From: Octopus bimaculoides | Lineage: Eukaryota | Direction: 5' to 3' | DNA: 64,000 nt | Assembly: GCF_001194135.2 (NCBI RefSeq) | Contig: NC_068981.1 | Span: 60,604,773-60,668,772 of the forward strand | Shown here: positions 24,425 through 38,112 of the stretch, one piece after another | How positions within the stretch are numbered: the stretch's first letter is position 1 | Layout: the number at the start of each line of letters is the position of its first letter | Translations under genes and position numbers: made by a program | The notes under the pieces: generated by a model | Databases searched by the model: none | What the model saw: the letters and a program-made list of their open reading frames with translations, nothing else | What the model was told of the DNA's origin: nothing

Positions 24425-24750
24425 ACGTCTATCCTTCTGAATATATGAAGACATATGTCTCTATGTTATACGCAGATACATACATATTGTTATATGTATC
24501 AGACCTAATTGTATTTCTCTGTGTCACTACCTCTCTTCTGTCTGTCTGTCTAGATCGCTGACCACGACATTCAAATTTTTTTCTCCGTGTTTTTCTCCTT
24601 GTTTTTCTCCGTATTCTTTCTGTTGAAGAGCGTAGCTCGAAACATTAAAAACTTTCTCTATTCCCGAGCGTTAAACTAATATATCCTTGTGTTGCTTACA
24701 CCACCTGTCCTCGTCTGTTGTTGTTTCTTTTCGGAAATGCTCCCATATAT
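24425..24750 (+). mobile_element. Penelope-pLTR-like short element with a hammerhead-like core, ending at (TA)n
   Basis: TCTTT-CTGTTGA-A-GAGC-gta-GCTC-GAAAC-ATT-AAAAA at 24615-24651, same spacing as the 59892 motif. Confidence 0.45.
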
Positions 24751-25811
24751 ATATATATATATATATATATTCAGAGAAATACGTACGTCTAAGTTTGCGC
24801 GCGTGATCTTAACTTTCTACTGGTTTCCAGACATTTCAGAATGGCAGTTATTTGACAAAGATTCTAAGGTTTTTGTCGGAGGCATCTCAGACTCTTCCAA
24901 ACAATTACAACTTTTCTTTTACTAACAATTTTCATCCCTACATGGCTGTGCTTCAAACTCTCATTATATTATAGACATATATGTAATATTATGTTGTATT
25001 AACTTAGGAATATGACGTGGGCTTCCACAAATTGCAGCACTAGTCTAGTATAATCTTTTAGAAGTAGTTTCGGTCAAGCTCAGGTATATATTCTTTATGC
25101 CACATCATTAGCCACTAGTTGAAAATTATCTTTCGATTGTGATATTTAACTGTATTTTCTTTATGTTCGCTAATAGAATGAACCAGATTTAAGTGTGTAC
25201 ATATGAATATAGTTGCACGCACATATCAGTTTTCATTGTGCTACAAATGCTGTGATCATCTTTATTGCATATATGGAAACACGCACGAATAGTGACGCAT
25301 TCTCTTTTTTAAAAAAAGGTTTAGTTTATTGTTATAATATGCATGCATACGTAGTATGTATTTCCTTTTGACATTTATTATTCATATTTTGAAATCAGTA
25401 TTTATTGTTAATGCGGTTCATGTGGTTATTGTTATTTTGAATTTGGATAACAAGCGGTTTATCATATCACACTGAAAAGTTTTTAAAGTTAACACAAAAA
25501 TAAGTGACAAAAACTACAGAAAATGTAAAAAGGCATATTTCACCTTGCCTACTACATGTCATTGTCTCAGAATCCATACAAAAGTTTGCCAGCGATGGTA
25601 GGGGTCGCAAAGTTCACTTTGAGGAGCATTGCTTTTGTTGAACATGAACATATAACGTAATTAATTTAACTAGAAGTACATGTATTTGGATTTCATTTGT
25701 CGAACTGCTGAAATACTAATACACGCTCAGACACTGATCAAGCAATGTGTATAGATACACATACATACATTCATATGCATACATTTTTTTCGGAGTTATA
25801 AGCAAAATTAG

Positions 25812-25862
<51 letters not shown>

Positions 25863-26429
25863 NNNNNNNNNNNNNNNNNNNNNNNNNNNNNNNNNNNNNN
25901 NNNNNNNNNNNNNNNNNNNNNNNNNNNNNNNNNNNNNNNNNNNNNNNNNNNNNNNNNNNNNNNNNNNNNNNNNNNNNNNNNNNNNNNNNNNNNNNNNNNN
26001 NNNNNNNNNNNNNNNNNNNNNNNNNNNNNNNNNNNNNNNNNNNNNNNNNNNNNNNNNNNNNNNNNNNNNNNNNNNNNNNNNNNNNNNNNNNNNNNNNNNN
26101 NNNNNNNNNNNNNNNNNNNNNNNNNNNNNNNNNNNNNNNNNNNNNNNNNNNNNNNNNNNNNNNNNNNNNNNNNNNNNNNNNNNNNNNNNNNNNNNNNNNN
26201 NNNNNNNNNNNNNNNNNNNNNNNNNNNNNNNNNNNNNNNNNNNNNNNNNNNNNNNNNNNNNNNNNNNNNNNNNNNNNNNNNNNNNNNNNNNNNNNNNNNN
26301 NNNNNNNNNNNNNNNNNNNNNNNNNNNNNNNNNNNNNNNNNNNNNNNNNNNNNNNNNNNNNNNNNNNNNNNNNNNNNNNNNNNNNNNNNNNNNNNNNNNN
26401 NNNNNNNNNNNNNNNNNNNNNNNNNNNNN

Positions 26430-26464
<35 letters not shown>

Positions 26465-26895
26465 ACCGTATGTGTGTGTGTGTATGCGTTTAACATGGAT
26501 GCGAATATAGTTATGTATAAGTGTTGTTTTGCAGGAAGTTATTACACAGACACACGTATATATGTATAACTTCTCACTAACCACGACTCTATAAGGAAGT
26601 ATATTTTTATTCCTATCATAAAATAAGTCCCATAAATTCATTCATAAAATGCCTTGATTTTCCTGTACAGGGACACACTCACATACAGCAAATGCATACG
26701 GACAAAAATGAATTGCGAAGAGGGGCGGAGCTTCAAATACAGAGAACAACATTATCTTACATAAGTTAATTAGTTGAATAATACTGCAAGTTTCGGTCCT
26801 GCACACCAATACCCACACATGTGTATGTGTGTGTGTGAGCGTGCGTTTGTGTGTATGTACGTGTGTGCGCGCGCGTATATGTAGTNNNNNNNNNN

Positions 26896-26938
<43 letters not shown>

Positions 26939-27180
26939 TGTGTGTGTGTGTGTCTGTGTATGAGTGTGTTTCTGGGTATTTTTATAGCCGCACCTTCATA
27001 TTTAAAAACCAGTGACTTGCGGCAGCAATTATGTTTTAGAATAAGGCTAGCATAGTTAATTTTATACATCGTAAAACCTAAAACAACAAAGTACTTCACT
27101 TTATTTTTAGATATCTCAATATCATGAATAGGGCGCAATCGTTGCTCATAAACAATCGGTAGCTTGTACACAAAAGCATA

Positions 27181-27187
27181 TGATGAG

Positions 27188-27222
<35 letters not shown>

Positions 27223-27300
27223 GGGAGAGAGAGANNNNNNNNNNGGGGTGGGGGAGACAGAGACAGAGACAGACAGACAGACAGACATAGAGAGACAGAG
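27181..27300. repeat. (GATA)n/(GA)n/(GACA)n compound microsatellite
   Basis: Directly visible. Confidence 0.9.
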
Positions 27301-27409
27301 AAAAAGAGAAGCGGGATAAGAGAGAAATATGGTAGTGGATAGAGACACACCTATACTCTCACACACAGACATAGACACACATCTACCCAACCAACTATCC
27401 ATCACTTCT

Positions 27410-28750
27410 ACTCACTTTTCTTAGGATGGTCATTGGGGCAGAATTCTCCTCCATAGGGTCCTACCAGAATCGACGAAATGGTTATAAGCAACTGAAGATA
27501 TGGGTATTATCCAGCCACCTCGTCCTTGCCCTACACTTAGGTCTCATACCGGTTGGCTTGTCTTGAAAAATCTGTCTTGTGATTCTTTCCTGCAATACGC
27601 TTATCATATATCCCTTATCCCGGACCTGTGACATCTCACTGCACAGAAGTAGAGGTTCAATCTGGTGAGGCTTCTGATTTCTGAGCTACGCAGCTTGTTA
27701 AGTAACACTACCCCAGCGACCCTTTGCAGGAACCTTATTTCGTCCGTTTGTATTCGAAATCGCACTCTCACGGTCATTAACCAATATTCATGAACATAGG
27801 TAAGAAGACGCCTGAATTGAAGAATGCTAGTTTAATTTTTGACCAACCTCTCTTCTTCAGAGGATCGAATCCTGGATCTGGCGCATTATCTAAATTAAGC
27901 CTTCTTCTACATCCCATCAATCATGAATACGTCTCTGAGATACTTAAACATCTGTACTTTTCTCAGGTATATTTCATTAACATGCCAAGTACATTGGGAC
28001 GAGTTTCTTCAGAGGACCAATATCTTAGTCTTCGTAACACTAATTCTGAACCGTATCTTGTAGAACTCAGCAACGAACCCATTTAGTGCATGATGAAGAC
28101 CCCTTTCAGATGAACCAGGTAACGCTATGTCATCTCCAAAAAATTAGCCAATTGTTCTACCATTTACAAAATAGTTACGTGCATGTTGAAGCTTAGCATG
28201 CACATTGAAATGTTCCAGCATTGTATCATTTATCTGACACAAATATCTGGGTATTCATAAAAGGATCAGAAATTGTCCCATTGATCCCAACCTCCTGCAA
28301 AACCCTTTACAGTATGTTCTGCGACCCGCAGTCATATGTCTTTACGATGTCTACAAGGTAAGCGTACACCTCTTGACAATTTTCAAAGACCTGTCGTAGA
28401 ATTTCTCGTCGATTGGGTCCGAGATGGAAGCGACATTATTCTCTAGAAAACTTGAGCAAGAAAATGTTACTATATCTCCTTTCCAGACACCCTGCATAGA
28501 CTTTTAACAAGGAAATTCCTCTATAGTTAGAGCGCTCTCTACTTTTAGAAGAACTGGGATCATCCTCCCGGATTTCCATTGTCTTTTTTGTCTTTCCTGA
28601 GGTCTAGTATAAACGACTCGTGAAGAGAATACCTTCTGTATTTAATTCTTTTAACATCCCAGACGGAACATCATCCTAACCAGCGTATATAGTGACATCA
28701 GGATCTATGTTGCAAAGCACTGTGAGATCTACTTAAGAAATCTCGTCATT
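27410..28750 (-). mobile_element. RTE-clade LINE, 3' half of the reverse transcriptase, decayed
   Basis: Manual translation: SNYRGISLLKVYAGCLERR; YLVDIVKTYD; FGDDIALPGSSERGLHHALNGF..ISVTKTKILV; FKYL; IRFLQRVAGVVLLNKLRSSEIR; PTGMRPKCRARTRWLD. Confidence 0.85.
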
Positions 28751-29687
28751 ATTAAGGTTAAGTTAATGAATATTTAAATTTCATTCGACATGAAGTTTAT
28801 TGCGCAAATTAATAACCAAGATGTTATTACTTCAGAGGAGAATGTTGCTCCCTTGCAAAATGTTAGTGTTTATTGAATCTAATATATTTTAGCCAATCAT
28901 AATTAACTCGCTATTTAAGAGATTAGTAAAATAATAATGGCGTGATAGCAGAAATTCTACTCTATTATCTTTCATTAACACGAAAGGAAAATTTTAAACA
29001 TAAAGTTGTATGTAGTTTTGGCTTTTGTGTATGATATTGTGTTCGTGTCTGTATGTACGTATGCTGTGTATGCTGTATATGATTATGTGCGTCAGCGTTT
29101 GTGACTGTGCATGTGTATTTTAAATATTTACACTTTTGTGTGTTTTGATAATTTTCTAACGCACCGTATAGGTCTCTCGTGTCAGTATGTAGATTTACGA
29201 TCACATATAAAAGAACATTTCATTTCTATATTTGTACACAGTCACCTCTTGAGTATATGAAATGGTTTTTGTTCAATACTCATCTCCCACAGAGGAGAAC
29301 AACAGGTCATTACTTTATGTCAGATCCAGGTTTGAGATTATGTAAAAGAGACTACTCTTCTGTCTGATGCACATTACATACAATTATGCCTATTTAATGC
29401 CGCATTTGTCAGTGTGTTATGACTTGTGTCTATAGACGTTTTAGCTATATATCTGGCGACACATATGACAGATTCATTTCAGCGATAACGCGCACATAGC
29501 ATCTGTTTATAAAATTGCAAAATATCCGTATCTCTTTCCTTCTTTCTTTCTTTACCTATCTCTCAGTCTTATTTCTTTCCTCACTTTCTGTCTGTATCAC
29601 ATGTGTGTGTGTGTGTGTACATTTACTTATGTATGCCCGTACGTATGGGTGTACATACGTATTTATATGTGTGTGTATGTGTATGTA

Positions 29688-29720
<33 letters not shown>

Positions 29721-30345
29721 NNNNNNNNNNNNNNNNNNNNNNNNNNNNNNNNNNNNNNNNNNNNNNNNNNNNNNNNNNNNNNNNNNNNNNNNNNNNNNNN
29801 NNNNNNNNNNNNNNNNNNNNNNNNNNNNNNNNNNNNNNNNNNNNNNNNNNNNNNNNNNNNNNNNNNNNNNNNNNNNNNNNNNNNNNNNNNNNNNNNNNNN
29901 NNNNNNNNNNNNNNNNNNNNNNNNNNNNNNNNNNNNNNNNNNNNNNNNNNNNNNNNNNNNNNNNNNNNNNNNNNNNNNNNNNNNNNNNNNNNNNNNNNNN
30001 NNNNNNNNNNNNNNNNNNNNNNNNNNNNNNNNNNNNNNNNNNNNNNNNNNNNNNNNNNNNNNNNNNNNNNNNNNNNNNNNNNNNNNNNNNNNNNNNNNNN
30101 NNNNNNNNNNNNNNNNNNNNNNNNNNNNNNNNNNNNNNNNNNNNNNNNNNNNNNNNNNNNNNNNNNNNNNNNNNNNNNNNNNNNNNNNNNNNNNNNNNNN
30201 NNNNNNNNNNNNNNNNNNNNNNNNNNNNNNNNNNNNNNNNNNNNNNNNNNNNNNNNNNNNNNNNNNNNNNNNNNNNNNNNNNNNNNNNNNNNNNNNNNNN
30301 NNNNNNNNNNNNNNNNNNNNNNNNNNNNNNNNNNNNNNNNNTATA

Positions 30346-30377
<32 letters not shown>

Positions 30378-30499
30378 GCATGTATTAATAGTAATGGTAT
30401 GACAACAAAAGAATGAATGAGACCACGAGAATACGTAAATAGAAAAATATTTCTCACATATTATATAACAGATATATATATATATAATGGAAAAATAAT

Positions 30500-32170
30500 A
30501 GTCTGATGACTATTGAACAAATGGCAACATGGACTAGAATGATGTTGAAGCCCCCAAAATCTTGGAGTATGGTGGTTAGGAATGGCAAGTAAGAAGCAAA
30601 AAGCCTGCAAGCGGAAGGAGAGGCCTTTCCATCAGCGGGGGAAAATCCTATCATATGCCTTAGGTTTCCTATCGGACAGAATCAATGTCACCAATACTGA
30701 GAATCAAGCAAGGGAGTAGCTGAGGAGGATTGAAAGATCAGGGTTTCCAGAAAAAATACATGGCGTAGCCGTAGTAACACGGACTAATTTCAAGACTCAT
30801 ATTTTTGTTGATAGTATATTAGATTCCAATGACAAGCGTGGAAAGTGTGGAAAGGGTGGTCAACAACTACAACTCCTCCTGTCATCTTTAATGGAGTAAT
30901 ACGAATTCGCTCAATGTAGTACTGTAATAGCGTACAGAGACTAGAAGGATGAGGATCAGATATATTGGTATTACAACAAGGTCCGGGTGAAAGTTAGAGC
31001 TAGCACCACAGTTGTACCGGCTGAAAGCATGCTGAAGCAATGTGACATTTATTCGATTTACCTGCAGATGGCGACAGGGTCACTTGTCTTTTCCTTTTTA
31101 ACAATGGAAGAAGGCGGACACTAAGGAGAACAGAGCTATGATTCGGGCAGAAGTGCAGAACGATTAGGAAGAAAGACAATGGTTAAAATTTGTGAAGAGA
31201 GTATCTCAGGGTGCCTGGACTAAACGGGACCTCCCTAAGAAGAATGTGACTTGGACAGATCTGTAATGACGGGAGCCTTTTCGAATCTCCTTCCTGCTGC
31301 GGGTAGTGTATGACACACACCCAACGCCAACAAACCTGCACAAATGGGGTTTGAGAGATGACCAGCTTTGTAGATTTTGTGGAGAAACGGGCACGCTGGC
31401 ACACATATTACCAGGATACAAAGTAGTGCTTTCACAAAGGAAATACAGGTGGTGCCATGATATGTTGCTTACAAGACTCTCTAACACACTGCAACAGGAA
31501 AGGCTCAAGAAACATCACCATCAAGAGAAAGCAACACCCACAATTAAGTTTGTGAAAGAGGAAGAGAGGTGGCAAGGACAAAAAAAAGACACATAGCTTA
31601 CTACATGGATCCTAATCACAGAATATGAAAGTGGATCTGGACAAGAGGCTGTAGTTTCCCCAGGTTGTCCATACAACCGAGGCCAGGTGAGATTCTGTGG
31701 TCTGAAAAGATCAAGAAAATGATTTTGATTGAGCTTACAGTCCCATGGGAAGAAATGTCTGATTAGGCTCTCGAATTGAAGCATATCAAGTATGAGAGCC
31801 TTCTGAACGACTGCAGGGAGAAAGGATAGCAGTTACGCCTTTTCCTAGTCGAGGCTAGCTGTAGGGGGTTCCTTCCCAGTCGGTATGCAGGATGCCTGTC
31901 GGTATCCAGGATGACTGTTGTTAGTTATGGTGCAAGAGAGATGAGGTAAGCTGGAAACCAGGAGAAGATGAGGAGCAGCGATTTGGCCACCTCTGCTTAC
32001 CCACTAACGGGAGCATGTTACGCTTCAGGATCGAAACACCCAATAATCGTTGGATACCTTCTGATGACATTCTTCCTCCTGGTCAAAGATCTGTCTACAT
32101 TGGTGAGAGAAAAAAGTACCCACTTTGAGTAAACACCTTGTAAGATGCTGTGTAAATCTCATCCACAGTT
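30500..32170 (+). mobile_element. HERO/NeSL-type RLE non-LTR retrotransposon, 3' portion plus 3' UTR
   Basis: TWTRMMLKPPKSWSMVVRNGK; QLQLLLSSLME; QGAWTKR..VTWTDL; YDTHPTPTNLHKWGLRDDQLCRFCGETGTLAHILPGYKVVLSQRKYRWCHD; RPD-like VVW..ILIELTVPWEE..KHIKYE..VEASCRGF. Confidence 0.85.
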
Positions 32171-32640
32171 TTTCGTTACCTGATGTCATCACTCTAATAA
32201 AACATACACACGTACACACACACCCATACGCACGCACTTACATACCCACACAAACGCACACAAACGCACACAAACACACACGCACACACATGTGCACACA
32301 TTTATTGTTTTATTTTGTTTATCAGTTTATAGAAATCAATCAAACATTTACCAAAATTGGGACTCTATACTTTAAATGTGTGTGTGCGTGTGTATGTGTG
32401 CGCGCGCGCGTGTGTGTGTGTGTGTGTGTTTGTGTATGTGTATGTTTGTGTGCGTATCGTACCATAAAAAAAACTGAAATGATTTTTTTCCTTTTTCCTC
32501 TTACTCTCGCTTTGAATCACTCCATCACCTCTTCACTGTCGACAATAATGGTTACCTTACAGTAATAGATGCCGGTGGCTAACTTATATCACCGCTTCCG
32601 AGAATGCTGTTGTATTGAATGTCAGTAACATTTTGACCGA

Positions 32641-32840
32641 ATCATCATCATCATCATCATCAACTTTTAATGTCCGTTTTCTATATTGTCATGGATCGAA
32701 CGGTTTGACCAGAGATAGAAAGCAAGAGAACTGCAGTAGGTTCTAATCTAAATTTGACTGGCTTCTGCAGCTGGATGTCCTTCCTAACTAACGGCCAACT
32801 ACTTTACAGTGTCAGCTGGGTGCTTTTAACGTGGCACCGC
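32641..32840 (-). mobile_element. SINE/RTE-type 3' end with a (GAT)n tail
   Basis: (CAT)7 followed by ttttaatgtccgttttc..gcagctggatgtccttcctaac..gggtgcttttaacgtggcacc. Confidence 0.55.
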
Positions 32841-34414
32841 ATGTAACTTTTCAAGCTAGTTCATAGAATAACTCATATATTTGCGCCAAATTCATTTTAT
32901 CCAACTTTTTTTTTCTCCTTTATCAATTGTACTGTTGTGACGCACACCAAACAATATAATATCAAGTATTATGTACACCAAACGTTTGGAAATATCTTTC
33001 ATTTAACATCATAAGCAGGTTATTGACTTACATATTGTTCCTTCTAACAACATATCCACTATACATGTGATATCAACATTCACTCCATACCCTTCTACTC
33101 TTAGATACGATGCCCTTTAACCCAATCTCCTCTCACAGGACATACATTAAACAATAATAACAGTGTTAATTGAATATACGATGTTGTTTCTTTTTACAGA
33201 TCAACAAAACAATCATTTCATGTATCAAACAAACAGTCTTATATATCAACCTCTTTAGTCATGACCGACATACAAGTAAAACATCAAAAGTTTACTCCTG
33301 ACAATTTCTTTTTATTTCGCATGCCCACTACACATTTATATGATTGGCAAAAAGCATCACTCGGACCTAAATTCTTTTTGTAAACTCAGGAATGTTTCAG
33401 CGTTGATAAGATACAGAATCTTTCGCTTATGAGAAACATGAAATTATAGGCATTAGTGTTTTGCTTACATATATAATGTGGTGCCACTACTCCACACACA
33501 ACACCATCGGGAAGTAACTTTCAACCATAACCTTATAGAAATCTCGTTTACATTCTTTGAATTTTCTCTGGCTATTAATGTAGATCATGTTCTGTTGAGC
33601 TAGTGAGTCATATATCCTTTTAACTCAGGATGACATTTATCTCAGCACCAGATCATCCCTATTATGTTTCGCCTGTCATATTCACTCAGTTGAAAAATTT
33701 CACTCAGCTTTCACTCTCCAGAAATACTGATTACTGACTTTCGTCCAACGATCTATGATTCCCTACTAGCAATCAAACCAAAAATTGACAGCAGCACTTT
33801 CAACATTTGTAACGGCGTGCAAATATCTAATAAATCTCAAATGGCTTAGTCTACCTTGTTGGAGATGAGTACGTTACGCTTAAAAAAATTGCGATACTTA
33901 AGAGACGAAAAAAAACTATGAAGCTAACAATATATCTATTATTTCTAGTATTGGACATACCCAGAGGACACATTGTTTCAATTAGCTAATTCGCTTAAAA
34001 AAAACAAAAAAACAGAACAACAATAAACTATATCTTTCATTAAAATTATTTAAGACCTCCGTATTTTGACTACTCGGGTATGTGTATGTTTGTGTGTGGG
34101 TATCAGCAAGTACACGCACACACACACACAAACACACACACTTACAAACACACACACTCACATACATACCAGAGTTACTTCCCAAAGGAAGCTGAGTATT
34201 CAATATGTATTGTAGGAAACATCAGGTTGTATGAGCCTAGTGATTCCCTACACCAGTTCTGAAGTTTCCGTTTCATGTACTCGTTCCTGAATTCCATCGT
34301 CATCTTAATCGCCGCACCGATCGACGAATACTTAGTTGACGATTGAACAAATCCATAGATTCATGTATACATGTATGCATAAATCGTGAAAATGACTCGA
34401 CTATCAACAAAATT

Positions 34415-35335
34415 TTGGCTAAATGCAGCGATGTTATGCGGGGAGAAAGTCATTTACAATACCTCAGAACTCAACCGGTGACTACTTTATTGATCAGGGA
34501 AGGATGAACGGCAAAAGCCGACCTCAGCGGATTTTGAAAGTAATGAGTTGGAAGAAATGTCACAAAGCATTTTGTCTGACGTTCTAATAATTTTATCTGC
34601 TCGCTGACCTGTAGTAATATTTTTTCCGCAATATGAACAAAGCCTGAAATTTGTGTGCTGGGGTATCTATTTCATTACATCAGTCTCATTGTTGTACTGG
34701 TACTTATTTTGCCGACCACGGAAGGCAAATTCTTCTGCGGACTTTAAACTGAGAACTTAAAGAATTAAAAGAAATTCAAAAAGGACACTTCGCAGATACT
34801 CTAAAGATTCTACAAGAACAGGCCCTTTATTGTTTATAACATAGAAACAAAATGTTTAAGTTGTGTGAGAGGGTTAGTCGATTAAATCTTCCCAAATACT
34901 TGATTGATAATTTCTTTTGCTGACATAAATTGCAAAGATAGCATCGATGTCATTTGTTTCGATGTTTCTTCCAGATCCCACCCTTCTTTGTACCTGACAC
35001 AAGACCAATAATGTGGAGAGGAGCATGGTGTTTCATTTCATCGACCCCGAAACAACGATCAAGTTAAATCGGTGGAATTGGAACACAGAAGGTAAAAACC
35101 TATAATTGAAAACCACAAGTCATTTTGTTTCACTAACTGCCATCAAAGAAAGAGAGAAATTAATAGAAAAAGGAGGATATAATTATACCGACCACAGTAT
35201 TGGATTAATGCATTTTTTATCGACTTCGGTAGGACAAATTACAAATTGGTAGTGTGATTATAATTCAGAAAATAAAGACAAATCAAATCCTGTAAGGCAT
35301 TTTTGCGTCACTTTTACATTTCTGACAAAATAATA
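34415..35335 (-). mobile_element. Cluster of about five same-orientation decayed SINE family A copies
   Basis: Repeated motifs (gcctgaaattt, tcgatt/ttacatc, ttatcgaccccg, ggcaaa, gcggattt/ggaattgaac, aagcatttt) near 34425, 34620, 34820, 34980 and 35170. Confidence 0.6.
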
Positions 35336-35487
35336 TTACTATTATTATCAATAAATAATTAACATTATCGAATTTCTGATTTTGTGTTTATTTCAGTAAA
35401 AATTATTACTGTTATATTTTGGTGTTGCATTCCGTCTACTTCTCGGGCCTATTATTCTTGCTGTTGTTGTTGCTCTTGTTGTTTTGT

Positions 35488-35876
<389 letters not shown>

Positions 35877-36014
35877 TAGAAAGGATTGAGGTAACTCCTC
35901 CTGAAGATATAGAGTTAAAATTAAAAGAAGAGTGCCATTGTTATCTAGTGAACGATATTTCGACATTTTGTGTGTCTTCAACTGATTCAAAAAATAAATT
36001 TGTCAATCTACTTC

Positions 36015-36170
36015 ATTATGACCGTCTGTCTTTACGTTCTGAGTTCAAATTCTGCGGAGGTCGACTTTACAAATCGTCCTTCCGGGGTCGTTAAATTAAG
36101 TACCATTTGTGTACTTGGGTCGTTCTAATCAACTGGCTCCCTCCCCACAAAAAATTTCAGGCTTGGAAAA
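36015..36170 (+). mobile_element. SINE family A, partial
   Basis: ttacgttctgagttcaaattctgcggaggtcgacttt..tccggggtcgttaaattaagtacca..aaatttcaggctt. Confidence 0.8.
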
Positions 36171-36335
36171 GTATATTGTGACAGTTACAGAATATAGAAA
36201 GTAATGTAACACTAATGACTATGTAATACAAGCAAAATATCCCAGTTACACAAACGTAAACGGAATTACTATTTAACGTTAAAATACATATTCAAAGGAC
36301 CTTCTTGGTGTAGTGGTACGGAATGTTTTTCTGAT

Positions 36336-36610
36336 ATTGTTTTACTTATTTCAGTCATTTGATGGCGGCCATGCTGGAGTACCACCATTTAATCGAAGAA
36401 ATTGACCCCTGGACTTATTCCCTATAAGCCTGGTGCTTATTCTATCAGTCTCTGCTTCTGAACAGCTAAATTACAGGGACGCAAACGAACCAACATCGAT
36501 TGCCAAGCAATGGTGGCGGTAGGACAAACACAGGCATAAACACACACACAAACACATACACACATACATACATACATATATATATATATNNNNNNNNNNT
36601 ATATATATAT
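36336..36610 (-). mobile_element. SINE family B, 3' half plus internal (CA)/(TA) microsatellite
   Basis: ttcagtcatttgatggcggccatgctggagtacc..gacccctggacttattc..agggacgcaaac..gattgccaagcaatggtgg, then a CA/TA run. Confidence 0.8.
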
Positions 36611-36671
36611 GTCGGGCTTGGAAGTAGTGGTAATGCTGGTTGATGCGATTTTGTGATCTGCTGGTATGCTG

Positions 36672-37197
36672 AGAGAGATCCACGAGAAAATACCGGTTGA
36701 GGCAAATGTATTCCAACTTTTTCAAATGTTTGTCCTTGAACCTTATTAATTGGCATAGAATATGCAAATCGAAGTGGAAAGTGAAGTCTGTTAATTCTGG
36801 AAATTAGAACTGTACGACCTCCGTTGGAGCCTGTTACCAATCATGCTTCTACACACTGTTCATGAAGTCTTTGCACTTTCATGCGAGTTCCATTACACAA
36901 TCCTTGACTGATCGAAAGATTTCTTAACAGCATTACAATATCCCCTACTTTTAAGTTGAGGCGATGAGGAGGCATACCGGATGGGGTGAGTGAGTTTATG
37001 AATTCAAATGTATAGTTCTGAACCTCCCCTTCATTATTGCAGGACACTGAACCTGTGCTTAAGTACATTTTAAGTGCTTCTGGTATAATATTAAGAACCT
37101 TTTCATTTATTGCAAGACAGTCAGAATTTTTCGGAGATAAAATTACTCGTTTTTCCATTTCTTTTAGCGTGCAGTTGTTGAAAAATTCTGGGTACAA
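36672..37197 (-). pseudogene. Helitron RepHel PIF1-family helicase C-terminal fragment
   Basis: RVILSPKNSD..INEKVL..FINSLTPSGMPPHRLNLKVGDIVMLLRNLSISQGLCNGTRM..*..FPLRFAYSMPINKVQGQTFEKVGIHLPQPVFSRG; one stop at 36841 and an internal deletion before FPL. Confidence 0.92.
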
Positions 37198-37414
37198 ATG
37201 TACAAATTGAAATGCAAAAGAACGAAATAATAAATGGAGTTATGAATGGAAGTTTGGTAATGGCGTTTATTTCCACCACTCGATACCTATTATTGCAAAC
37301 ATATCCTACGTAAAATACTGTCTATGTGATCACAAATTTTAAAACAAACACATAATTTTCTTATGGTTTCTTAAACATTCTCTAGAACAACACTATGTAC
37401 AAATCGAAATATAT

Positions 37415-37523
37415 GGTACCCTAGGCATAACACCTACATGAACTTCTAACTTGTTGTCTCTTGAGGTCTCTGGGTGAGACTTGGATCCAACTTGTACAAA
37501 TGCAAAGCAAAAGTCAAACATAA

Positions 37524-37604
<81 letters not shown>
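37415..37604 (+). mobile_element. Probable RLE-retrotransposon 3' UTR ending in (TAA)n
   Basis: Short unique segment ending aaagtcaaacataaaa directly followed by (TAA)n 37526-37604; assignment by analogy only. Confidence 0.4.
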
Positions 37605-37605
37605 G

Positions 37606-38031
37606 AATGCTCTAATGCAGTACTAGGCAGTGGTACTCATAGATTTTGATCTGAACTGATTGGAAGTGTTATCATCTACATATTCTTCAATACCACAGAT
37701 TTGCTTGTCAGTTGCTTGACCGTAACCAGTTGAGCGTGTCCTTAATGGCTGACGATATATGCATTTTTGATCACGAAGGAAACACTTATGCTTGCAGGGA
37801 TGAATTATTCAAACCTTGCAAAATCCTTCAAAAAATGTACAAGTTAACATTTCCAAACGCTTAAAATCAGACACCACGAGAGCTTACTGCCTAGTGTTGC
37901 ATGAGGGAATAGCAAATCTGTGGTATTGAGTTGACTATTTGCTGTCACCTATTTTTTAAATGAAGACAAAAAATGTACATGTTAACACTTTCTATCAGTC
38001 AACGTCAAAAGCTATGATACCCATTGCATGA

Positions 38032-38112
<81 letters not shown>
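37606..38112. repeat. Three copies (one plus, two minus) of an unclassified interspersed repeat with (TAA)n on the outer ends
   Basis: tcaataccacagatttgct (37687-37705) is the exact reverse complement of 37911-37929; actaggcagt at 37622 vs actgcctagt at 37886; (TTA)n 38033-38112. Confidence 0.75.

Noticed and set aside
32025-32065. GAAAC...CTGATGA in the HERO 3' UTR as a type-II hammerhead
   Set aside because: No room for stem I between the putative cleavage site and CUGAUGA, and no stem II pairing.
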